This document shows positions 11,367-20,930 of a stretch of DNA of 20,930 bases, piece after piece. The number at the start of each line of letters is the position of its first letter. The stretch's first letter is position 1. Under the pieces are notes generated by a model. It worked only from the letters and a program-made list of their open reading frames with translations. It searched no databases and had not been told where the DNA came from. Position numbers and translations under genes: made by a program. The stretch covers positions 1 to 20,930 of the forward strand of contig NW_021835622.1 in the NCBI RefSeq assembly GCF_006345805.1. Reading direction: 5' to 3'. Source of the stretch: Octopus sinensis (taxonomy: Eukaryota).

Positions 11367-11706
11367 ATGTATGTGTGTATGTATATGTGTGTGTGTGTGT
11401 ATATATGTATACATATGTGTATAGGTATAAGTGAGAATCTCCTTATTTACCTAAAACTCTATTCTTTTATATATATTTTTTTATTCTTTTATTTATTCTT
11501 TTATCTAATTTACCACTGACTCCTTGACCACTCCCCCAAGTATGATATTTTGCGCTATGCCTACCCCCAAAATGTCCCCCACCACCACCCCTTTAAACCT
11601 GCCTAAATGTATAAATGCCAATACAATTCTTGTTAACTAGCTTCCTGAAGATTTCTCTTGAATGAAACAGTTCTAGTCCTGTAGAAGCTCCTTCTATATA
11701 ATAAAT
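10220..11706 (+). repeat. Right arm of inverted repeat (inverted PLE pseudo-LTR); ~70 bp of further non-simple sequence follows to ~11775
   Basis: Reverse complement of 5833-7285. It differs by microsatellite slippage, a few substitutions and a 16-bp tandem duplication (GTGCTAATGAGTGTGC x2, 10805-10836). Confidence 0.92.
11639..11689 (+). ncRNA. Minimal type-I hammerhead ribozyme (inverted pLTR copy)
   Basis: AGCTTC (11639-44) CTGAAGA (11645-51) TTTCTCTTGAAT GAAAC (11664-68) AGTTCTAGTCCT GTA (11681-83) GAAGCT (11684-89). Helix I is a perfect 6 bp, helix II is weak, and helix III ACAG/CUGU has a palindromic CUAG loop centre. Confidence 0.78.
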
Positions 11707-11825
11707 TAATTTTACTCTGCTATGTATTGAGTACCTTATTTACTGTGGTTAACCCCGAATCAACCCGGGACCTACATATATATATATATATATGTATGTA
11801 TACACACATACACACACACACACAC

Positions 11826-11856
<31 letters not shown>

Positions 11857-11871
11857 AATATATATATATAT

Positions 11872-14232
11872 ATTCTGGATCTCTGCTTCACGAACAATAT
11901 GGATATCATTCGTGATGTGAAAGTGACACCGACATCAGTTTCGGATCACAACATAATAGAGCTGTCTATGTTTGGGCCGAAAGTAACCAGAGACATACAG
12001 CCTAAAGGAAGCACCCGAAATCTCTCCAATCTGAACTTCCACAAAGCAGATTGGAAATCGATCCAAAAAGATATCCTCAGATAGGACTGGCCGGAATGTC
12101 TCTCCACACCAGACATTGACATGAAACTAGAATGTTTCATGTCTTCTGTGCAAGCCGTATGTCAGAAATATGTCCCAGAGCACAAGGCCAAAACAAATAG
12201 GAGCAAGATTCCAAGAGACAGGAAGATCCTCATGAAACGACGGACGAAGGTTGCAAATCGTCTCAACCAACATCCCAAAAGTAGCGAAACGTCCCGCCTA
12301 AAAACAACACTGATGGAGATGGAATAAAGGCTGCAACAATCCTGTGAAGGAGAAAGCAGACAAAGAAGCCTGGGTTATAAAAAACATTAAATCAAACCCA
12401 AAGGCCTTCTTTCATTACGCGAAAGAAACAGTCTCATTGCACTACAAGATAGGACCCCTCCTCCAAAAGGATGGCTCCCTCACAGACAGTCCAACTATAA
12501 TCAGTGAGATACTGAATGACCAGTTCAAAAGTGTCTTTCCCACCCCGTTGGAACACAGACAAGTGAACGAACCAGTGGACTTCTTTGCCGCCTCACCTAT
12601 AACCAGCGAGGCGGTTACAATAGAATGTATTGACATTAGCGAAAAAAATGTCCTACTAGCCATAGATGAAGTGGACACAAACTCAGCTGCTGGTCCAGAC
12701 GGTTTCCCAGCAATCCTCCTCAAAGCGTGTAAGCATGCCCTGGCAAAACCCCTCAAGATTCTCTTCCAGAGCTTTCTTGCGAATGGCAAACTGCCAAGCA
12801 AGATGAAGGTGGGAATAATATGCCCAATACATAAAGGGGGAAGTAGAGTAGATGCCAAAAACTATAGGCCTATCTCTCTGACTTCACACATCAGCAAAGT
12901 CATGGAAAGGATAGTCAGAAAGAAACTAATCGCATTCCTTGAAGAAAATAACTTGCTGAGTAATACCCAGCATGGTTTTCGACCAGGTAGGAGCTGCCTG
13001 ACCCAGCTCTTACAGCATTATGACTGAGTGTTGAGGCAGTTACTCAACATATCAAATGTGGACGTAATCTACCTTGATTTTGCAAAAGCTTTTGACAAGG
13101 TGGATCATGGTATGATATGCCACAAACTACGTGACCTCGGCATAGCTGGAAAACTTGGAGTGTGGTTGCATGACTTCCTGAAAGATAGGAGTCGGGCAGT
13201 AGTGGTTAATGGAGCCACCTCTATGAACACACAAATAGTGAGCGGTGTTCCACAGGGCACTGTCTTGGGACCACTGCTTTTTATAGTGGCCCTCTCATAT
13301 ATGCCCTCAAATGCCCGGATAGCCACTCTGGCAAGCTATGCAGACGATACGAAAGTCTCGCAGAAAATACAGAACCCCAGCGAAGTTGCACACCTGCAGC
13401 AGGAGTTGGACTCAATCTACAGATGGGCTGAGGATAATAATATGCAGTTTAATGCTGAAAAATTCCCCGCCCTGCGCTACCAGCATCCAAAACTTAATAT
13501 TAAACTTACAGGATACACCGGTCCACAGGGAATTTCAATCCCAGAGCCTAAGTCTGTGAGGGACCTGGGTATCGACATGAGTGATGGTACCTCTTTCCAA
13601 GTGAACATTACCAGGATGGCGACAAAGTGCAGACGACTGGCTGGGTGGATCCTAAGAACATTCAGAACCAGAAATAAGGAAACCATAATGGTCCTCTGGC
13701 GGACATTCTTCCTCAGTCGCCTGGATTACTGCTCACAGCTATGGTCACCCACCAGTGTAAAATTAACAGCGGACCTTGAAGCAATCCAGAGAAGATTCAC
13801 AAAGAAGATCGTCTCTTTGCCACAGCTCAGCTACTGGGAAAGGTTGAAACAGCTAAGACTCTACTCTCTGGAGAGGAGACAGGAGAGGTATGCAGTAATA
13901 CATGTTTGGAAGATCCTGGAAGGAATTGTGCCAAATTTTGGAATTGTAAGCTACACCAATGCTAGAACGGGACGACACTGCATAGTGCCAAAGATCCCAG
14001 CAATGCCATCACGCTACAGGACCAGCTTCTGCAACAGCCTGGGTTTCAAGGGCCCACAGCTTTTTAATATTCTCCCAAAGAGTCTGAGGAACTTGCACAG
14101 TAGATGTAGCGTTTTTAATCAAAACTGGACATCTTCCTGTCAAGAGTCCCAGATGAACCTACCTCACGGCAAGAGGTGCAAATGAGAGTAGCTGTATCAA
14201 ACTCCATTCTTCACCCAAATGCCACATATTAG
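11872..14232 (+). pseudogene. LINE ORF2 (APE C-terminus plus RT) with inactivating lesions
   Basis: Motifs NFHKADW, KSNPKAFF, GPDGFP, PIHKGGSR...NYRPISLTS, QHGFRPGRSC, YLDFAKAFDKVDH, GVPQGTVLGPLLF, YADD, RDLG, LDYCSQLWSP, SLERR. In-frame stops at 12082-84, 12325-27 and 13025-27. Frameshifts near 12340 and 14100-14115, with the C-terminus KLDIFLSRVPDEP...SNSI in another frame. Confidence 0.92.
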
Positions 14233-14320
14233 ACGAGGTTCGTCGCAATAACAGTGTAGCCACAAAACGGCGGTGCATCAGCATGGCCGCAGCTCTGAGC
14301 TGAAACTAAAAAAAAAAAAA
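11872..14320 (+). mobile_element. 5'-truncated CR1/L2-group non-LTR retrotransposon (LINE), inactive
   Basis: Starts in the end of the APE endonuclease (ILDLCFTN...SDHNII), contains a complete RT core, ends with a short 3' UTR and A13 tail (14308-14320), and is inserted in a TA/CA microsatellite. Confidence 0.93.
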
Positions 14321-14350
14321 TATATATATATTATATACATACACGCACGC

Positions 14351-14391
<41 letters not shown>

Positions 14392-14407
14392 CACACACAC
14401 ACACACA

Positions 14408-14438
<31 letters not shown>

Positions 14439-15009
14439 CATAATTGTGTGTATATAATACATACATATCGATCGATAGCTCTTCTTATAAACAGAAATAT
14501 ATACACCCGCATATATGCATATATGTGTTGTGCACCCATACGCACACACGCATAAGCAACTAACACACACTTGAAGAAAGACATGAGAGAGTATGACAGG
14601 TAGCGTGAGAGAGGACGACTGAAAAATGTAAAAGCGTAGCATACACATAATAACGTAGAACTAACACACACTAAGCACAATCGCAGGAAGAGCAAACGAT
14701 TTTTCTCTCATGACCCTCTTATTAATTTATTTTTTCTCTGTGTTTGCCAACAATAACTACCCAGGTTATCTTGGAATAGAAAATAAAAGACATGGTCACG
14801 CATGAGTGAAATTAACTATAAGGGGATACTATCGGTACCCGTAATAAAATCACCTACCACGCCACCACCCGGCCACCTAAGTTACTATATTGCTTTATTT
14901 ATTTGTTTATCAACCAGAACTACTTATTATAAAATCCCTTTTATCGGCTTACTCCGGTTACAATTCTTCAAACAAACTCTCCATCCCTTCACTCTGCCGA
15001 TGACTTACC

Positions 15010-15230
15010 TATGTGTGTATACGTATGTATGTATGTATGTATGCATGTGTGTATGTTTGTATGTATGTATGTATGTATGTATGTATGTATGTATGTATGT
15101 ATGTATGTATGTATGTATGCATGTATGTATATATGTATGTATGTGTACCCAGAAAGTGTTAATATTTGAACGCGTGTTTATGTATGTGCGTTTGCTTATA
15201 CATATATATATATATATAATATATATATAT

Positions 15231-15264
<34 letters not shown>

Positions 15265-15505
15265 GTATGTATATAAATGTATGTACGTGTGTATGTCTAC
15301 ATGTGAGTGTATGAGTGTTACCTCTCTCTTTAGAACACACACACATATATATATATGTTTGTGTGTATGTATGTGTGTGTATGCATTTGTATGTATGACA
15401 TATATATCTGTGTCTCTATGTAAGCATATATTTTTCACACACACGCACACACACACACATGTACACACGCGCACACACGTACACACGCACGTACACACAC
15501 ACACA
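15010..15505. repeat. (TATG)n/(TA)n/(CA)n microsatellite tract
   Basis: Seen directly. Confidence 0.95.
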
Positions 15506-15942
15506 TAGTTGTTTATTTTTCTTCTTCCAACTTTTTCTTTATTGATATCTTTGTGTTCACTGTTTTTCTTTGTGCTTGGTTCATGTTAAATATAGACTTT
15601 TATTGCATGTAAACATGAATCTTGCTGGGTTTATTGCCAATTCTTCTCCACGGGGTGCTAGAGTACCCGAGCCTTGTCAACGAGGTGTGTAACTCCAGGT
15701 TACTGAACAACATCTCGACGCACAGAAATAGTCGACACTTCCTCACCACTATTTCGTACTTCTGGCGTATTCTGGGGTTTTTTTTTCTATCCATGTTGTA
15801 TGACATAAAGTGACAAAAGAACGTAAGAATACCTCACACGAATATATCCACACGCATTTTTGGATGACACTCGCAAATAAATATATGAGAGTGATTGCGT
15901 ACGTATATGGGTGTATATGCATGTAACAGGAGTGTATATAGT

Positions 15943-15973
<31 letters not shown>

Positions 15974-16344
15974 ATATATATTGCTTGAGCCGTCACCTGT
16001 TTGATGGAATCGTGAGGCTCCATTTTACAATCTGACGGCGCCCATCTATACCAAACATTAATCCAAACAATAAATCTGGTTACTCCCGTCAAAACGCTAC
16101 CACGTGCGTAAAGTGCAAAGCATCAGCACACTAGTCTCACGTGTGCACACACACACCAGACGTATACGCAAGCGCAAGCGTCAGACATGTACATGTGCGC
16201 ACAAACCAGATATGTGTGTGTATGTGCGCGTGTGTGCGTATCAGTGGGTGCGTGCGTTTGTGCGTGTGTTGGTGTGCGTGCGAGTCTGTGTATGTGTGTG
16301 AGAGAGAGTGTGTGTATGTGTGTGTGTGTGCGTGTGTGCGTGTG

Positions 16345-16643
16345 AAGGTCTCACAAATATGAGGTAGTAAGTTCGATTCCCGGATTGGGCTATGTGCTGT
16401 GCTCTTGAGCAAGATACTTTATTTCATATTCCTCCAATTTACTCAGCTGTAGAAATGAGTTGCAACGTAACTGGTGCCAAGGTGGATCGTCCCTTGCATT
16501 TGCTTTGGATACCATCAGTGGCGTGGTGAGGGAAGCCGTTAGCATGAGGGACCTCTGGTCTTCTACAACCTTGCCAGAGCTGTGATTTTGACTTTCTAGG
16601 TGCAAGCCTTTGAGCATTCATATCGGTAGGGGGTCTTAACCCT
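16345..16643 (+). mobile_element. tRNA-derived SINE family C, diverged
   Basis: B-box GTTCGATTCCC (16371-81) followed by CTTGAGCAAGATACTTTATTTC...ACTCAGCTGTAGAAATGAGT, the arrangement of a tRNA head plus conserved central domain. Boundaries are approximate. Confidence 0.65.
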
Positions 16644-17007
16644 TATTCATATATGCATCCCACTCCCACATACCCCACCCTACCTCCATATCCTCAAGCG
16701 AAGCTCAAACCCCACCCTCGCATCCCCACACCATAACAGCACAACACACACACCACATCACCCCCGCACACACTAGCACTGACCACTTTCCAGCACTCAT
16801 ACCATCATCCACACACCCATACATTACAGACATACACACACACGCACACGCCCACACGTCGAAGTCACCAGCCCCTATCCACACGCACACACACACACTC
16901 TCACATATACACACGCATATTGGGATCACCAATACTTTATTACCTCCCTTTCTTCCTAGCTCTCCTTTCCAACTAACGTTGTCCAGCCAGTCACCATGAG
17001 TGACTGC

Positions 17008-17595
17008 ATTGTAGATTTCTACCTTTCAATACTGAAATTGATGATCGTTTAAATTTTGGTAGGCAATTCGCCAATATCAACCCTCTCGATTACAGAACCA
17101 TCATGAACGCTAAAATGTCAATCTTGATTCATGTTGATTCCTGTCGGTGAAGAAAGAGGGCGATCCATTGTTTGATATAACTATGGGGAGTTACGACGGA
17201 GCCACGGACGCTGAATCGTTGGGTTATTTAACTTGGATGCACTGAAGAAGCGCACCCCCCCCCCCACATAGTTTGGCCCCTGTTAGGGTTGACAGTCTGA
17301 TAACATTGAGCCATATGAACGGCCATACCATCATTAAGTTTAGGAAAGACTTGGCAAAGACCTTCAAATAATTCGGCTTACGCGTCACAATTATCACTAA
17401 CCTGACCATGGTCGAATTTTTAGATGCAGCCCTAAACCGAAAAACAGACAAATACTACACATATAAGATACCAGATTAGGACATTGTGTACTGCCATAGA
17501 TACTCAAACTACCTTCCCTTCTGAACGTGGAAACCTTGTTTGAGTCATCGAATTTTAAACTTTTAGCGGATAGGCAAGTCTTCAGAAAGAGCGAG
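17008..17595 (+). pseudogene. Second, highly degenerate PLE reverse-transcriptase fragment
   Basis: IVDFYLSI / LNFGRQFANINPLDYRTIMNAKMSIL / VKKEGDPLFDITMGSYDGA / VGLF / FRKDLAKTFK*FGLRVTIITNLTMVEFLDAALNRKTDKYYTYKIP...SNY. Its 3' part is collinear with the start of the 10219->9950 translation. Confidence 0.82.
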
Positions 17596-18332
17596 CACTG
17601 AAATCACTGAGAAATTAACACATATGCTTCCAACATTAGCACTGCTTTTAATTCGTTATTGAATTTAATCTTACGTATACATCGCCGTAGCATGCCAACG
17701 GATAGTTTTTGCCCTATTTACATGTAGTTATAGACTGGCGATCCGATTCCTTCCCGGCTCGATTCAAGTACGTGATGTTGACAAACTACAGAAATTGAAA
17801 AATAACGGTATGAATAACTCGTGAATTCGGGCAGAGGTGAGCTATCTCGCCTGTCTATGACTTTCAGATGTTTTAGCACACGATGATATGAGAGTGTCGT
17901 TATCCAGGCGCTATTAGGAGGTGAACCGGTGAACAAGCAAAATATATAGATTGAGTGTGTGCTGTTGATAATATGTTTGTATGTATGTATGCATGACTGG
18001 ATGCGCTCGAGCGGGACAATTATACCATTTAGGCTTTTTTTATTGTTTATTGCTTCTAGTTTTCTTAGTCTTTCACTTTCTTTATTCTTATATACACATG
18101 ACTTCCTCTCTCTCTTTCACTCTCTCTCTCTCTTTTCCCCCTTTCTCTGTATCTGTCTGTCTCTGCCTATGTATCTGTCAGTCTGCCTCTCGCTCAACCG
18201 TTTTCCTTAAAAATATGTGATAACCAAGTTTTTTCTGAGGTACTAAGAGAATATTAGTCAAAGTTTTTACACTGTGTCAACCTATCATATCAAAATTACA
18301 TGGACATTTTATATTCCAACTTCCATTCGGTT

Positions 18333-18455
18333 ATACAAATATATACAATACGGTATGTACAATACAAATACAATATAATACAATACAAATATAACTACAA
18401 ATACGATACAAATACAAATACAATACAATACAAATATGTACAATACAATATACAT
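18333..18455. repeat. (TACAA)n/(TACAAA)n simple repeat
   Basis: Seen directly. Confidence 0.85.
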
Positions 18456-19293
18456 ACTACGCTATTTCTTTCCTCATTAGAATTTAACAATTCAAGATAA
18501 AAGCAAGACAGCCACCTGGAGGGTTTATCATAAACGTACGATTCCATATATACATACATATAATAATATACATAATATGGTTAAAATACAGGAGTGTATG
18601 GCTGCAAAGATGAATTCATACATTCATTACGCATGAATTTAGATATGAGTACCGAGGTATACACCGACATGAATACATATATTCGGAAATACATACATAC
18701 ATTTGTTTGCTTGCGACTACATATGTAAACAGTCTTATAAAGGTGTTTATGTTGCGGATGTATGACCACACATGAAGTAAAATGTTTGAAATGATAAATG
18801 AGAAAAATGACTACAAAGACGTTCTTTGTGCCGACTATCAAACACGTAAATACATACATACACATACATACATATATGTGTGTATGTGTATGTATATGTA
18901 TATACATACATATATATATAAGCATAATAAGCTTTATATATATATATAATATAATTAATAAATAAAATAAAACATACGCATATATGTAAACATATATGTA
19001 CGTACCTACCTCTACATGTACATATACACGCATATATGAGTACAGGACACAAAAGGACGTCGAACACAATAAGAAACGAAAACATATACACAAACCAAAG
19101 GTACTGGACATTTTTTTAAAACAACAAAAAAATAGAGTACAGGACAATTAACACAAAGAAAAAAACCCTTCTTCAGTCGCTATAGTTTCATATATATATA
19201 CATATATACATATATATAATATGGATACATATTTATTAATAAATATTAACATTTACTTTGTTTTTATCTTTTCATTATTATTATACGTTTGGT

Positions 19294-19518
19294 AAAAGTG
19301 ATAAGCTGGCAGAAATGTTAGCACGCCGGACAAAATGCTTAATGTTATTTCGTCTGTGTTTTTATTCTCAGGTCCAATTAAACCATGGTAGACTTTACTT
19401 TTTCTCCTTTCGGTGTCGATAAAATAAGTACCAGTCAAGTACTGGGGTCGATGGAATCGAATCTTCCCTTCCACAAAAATTTCAGGCCTTGTGCCTTTAT
19501 ATATTGGAAAGGATTATT
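19294..19518 (+). mobile_element. SINE family B, diverged copy with a different 3' tail
   Basis: AGCTGGCAGAAATGTTAGCACGCCGG...TATTTCGTCTG...CCTTTCGGTGTCGATAAAATAAGTACCAGT...CTGGGGTCGAT aligns to 5202-5345. Confidence 0.85.
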
Positions 19519-19542
19519 TACAGGCGTTGTTTTGATAGAATC

Positions 19543-19947
19543 GTGCTGTGTGGTAAGTAGCTTGCTTACCAGCCGCATGGTTCCGGGTTCATTCCCACTG
19601 CGTAACACCTTGGGTAAGTGTCTTCTACTATAGCCTCGGACGGACCAAAGCTTTGTGAGTGGATTTGGTAGACGGAAATTGAAAGAAGCCCGTCGTATAT
19701 ATGTATATATACATGTGCGTGCATATGTTTGTATGTCTGTGCTTGTCCCCCTCCCAACATCGCCTGACCACCGATGGTGGTGTATTTACGTCCATGTAAC
19801 TTAGCGGTTCGGCAAAAGTGACCAATAGAATAAGTACTAGGCTTACAAAAAATAAGTCCTCGGATCGATTTGGTCGATTAAAGGCGGCACTCCAGCATGG
19901 CTGCAGTCAAATGACTGAAACAAGTAAAAGAGTAAAGAGTAAAGAGT
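19543..19947 (+). mobile_element. SINE family A, near-full-length copy
   Basis: A-box-like GCTGTGTGGTAAG, B-box GGTTCATTCCC (19586-96), internal TA/TG tract, LINE-like 3' end (19883-19921) and (AGTAAAG)n tail. Confidence 0.9.
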
Positions 19948-20398
19948 ATATCGAAAACACATTTTACATGATTGCACTTGAAGTTCAAATTGAGACCAGC
20001 TCAACCTTATTTCGCATCCTTTCAGGCTCAAGGAAATAATGCACCTGTGAACTAAGAAATGACTGACCAATACTTTTAATGTAGATGACCTCGAGGCTAA
20101 AATTGAGTCAGTTGTTTTTTTTTTTTGGGGGGGGGGTCCGTTATAGGATTGCGGTTTTACTACGGTGCGGTTTACAAGAGAGTCAATTAAATGGAGGCCA
20201 GTCCCTATTTATCGAGCATAGATATTCATCGATTTCTAAATAAGGATCGCTTGGTAACAGGATATAAATGGACTCAAATAAGACCGGAGAACATCGTTTA
20301 CCTTGAGAAATATCGACTTGGATGCCATGGTCTCAACACATACTAACACGCACGCACATATTTTTATGAATATATATATGGGTAGGTACACATCACTA

Positions 20399-20401
<3 letters not shown>

Positions 20402-20472
<71 letters not shown>
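20402..20472. repeat. Pure (TA)n microsatellite, about 35 units
   Basis: Seen directly. Confidence 0.97.
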
Positions 20473-20476
<4 letters not shown>

Positions 20477-20741
20477 AAGTATTGTAGTTCTCCTGAAGTA
20501 TTGTGTATTGTTTGTAAAGAATAAAAAGTTTTAAATGGTACAGCAATGCACTATAATATAAGAAAGATGAACTATATGCCTGTTGTAATTTCGTTACCTA
20601 TTGTCCGATGATATTTCGGAATACAATTCGTTCTTCAGGTATTCTTAGATGGAATCGCTGCTATAATCGTTAAGTCTTAATAACGGTCAATCACATTGTA
20701 ATTTCTCTTTGTTTAACGGTCATTTTCATAGCATTTTTTGA

Positions 20742-20815
20742 TAGCCAGATAACTGAAGAGATGCCGGAGTGGGTTTCCGCCCTGACATTCGAAACTCGGA
20801 GTTTTATCATGGCTA
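20742..20815 (+). ncRNA. Type-I hammerhead ribozyme motif (probably a relic of another PLE pLTR or retrozyme)
   Basis: TAGCCA-GATAA (20742-52) CTGAAGA (20753-59), helix II hairpin 20760-20790, GAAAC (20791-95) TCGGA GTT (20801-03) TTATC-A-TGGCTA (20804-15). Helix I is 11 bp with one bulge and the cleavage triplet is GUU. Confidence 0.75.
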
Positions 20816-20930
20816 CTGAATAATTGTCACATATTATATTTAAAGAAACATTTCTCGATTTACATAATATCGAGGTCTCTTTCATTCTTTTGTGTTACCA
20901 TTACTATATACATACATACATACATATATG

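Larger units (their letters stand above)
5833..11775 (-). mobile_element. 5'-truncated Penelope-like element (C-terminal GIY-YIG type) with an inverted pseudo-LTR
   Basis: Disrupted RT/GIY-YIG ORF at 9150-10219 (minus strand). Its truncated 5' end is fused at 10219/10220 to an inverted copy of 5833-7285. Both arms carry a hammerhead and both outer ends abut (TA)n. Inverted pLTRs on 5'-truncated copies are an established PLE insertion structure. Confidence 0.85.

Noticed and set aside
12442-13686. Antisense and alternate-frame ORFs 12442..12858, 13105..13326, 13338..13559 and 13477..13686
   Set aside because: Shadow frames of the LINE RT.
12344-14185. ORFs 12344..13027 and 13028..14185 as two functional genes, or TGA 13025 as selenocysteine/readthrough
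   Set aside because: They are parts of one LINE ORF2 that has other stops and frameshifts. The TGA is most simply a nonsense mutation, probably from TGG.
16645-16970. C/A-rich tract with a Cys/Val/Gly-rich minus ORF
   Set aside because: Degenerate low-complexity sequence.
17718-17936. 72-aa minus-strand ORF and a small hairpin at 17829-17856
   Set aside because: Non-ATG start, no recognisable motif or clear splice sites, and the hairpin is within chance expectation.
19543-19620. tRNA gene
   Set aside because: A/B boxes are present but there is no cloverleaf. It continues into a SINE body found in several copies in this window.
546-20546. Dozens of ORFs rich in Y/I/H/T or C/V/M/Y in the ORF track
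   Set aside because: They are translations of TA/CA/TG microsatellites, which lack stop codons. They are not genes.

Overview
AT-rich, microsatellite-saturated animal genomic DNA with no convincing intact host gene. The SINE repertoire and extreme (TA)n/(CA)n/(TACA)n content suggest a cephalopod such as Octopus; this is an inference from recall, not a search result. Almost all ORFs in the supplied track are translations of simple repeats. The centre of the window (about 5833-11775) is a 5'-truncated Penelope-like retroelement (PLE) with a disrupted RT C-terminus and GIY-YIG endonuclease on the minus strand. It is flanked by ~1.45 kb inverted pseudo-LTR arms made mostly of compound microsatellite, and each arm ends in a minimal type-I hammerhead ribozyme. 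Next to it is a 5'-truncated CR1/L2-group LINE (11872-14320) whose 3' end, including a co-varying stem-loop, is shared with a tRNA-derived SINE family present four times in the window. Also present: two other SINE families, a Tc1/mariner remnant interrupted by a SINE, an old LINE RT fragment, a second PLE RT relic, a ~290 bp foldback palindrome, and an independent hammerhead motif at 20742-20815. All alignments and folds were done by eye.
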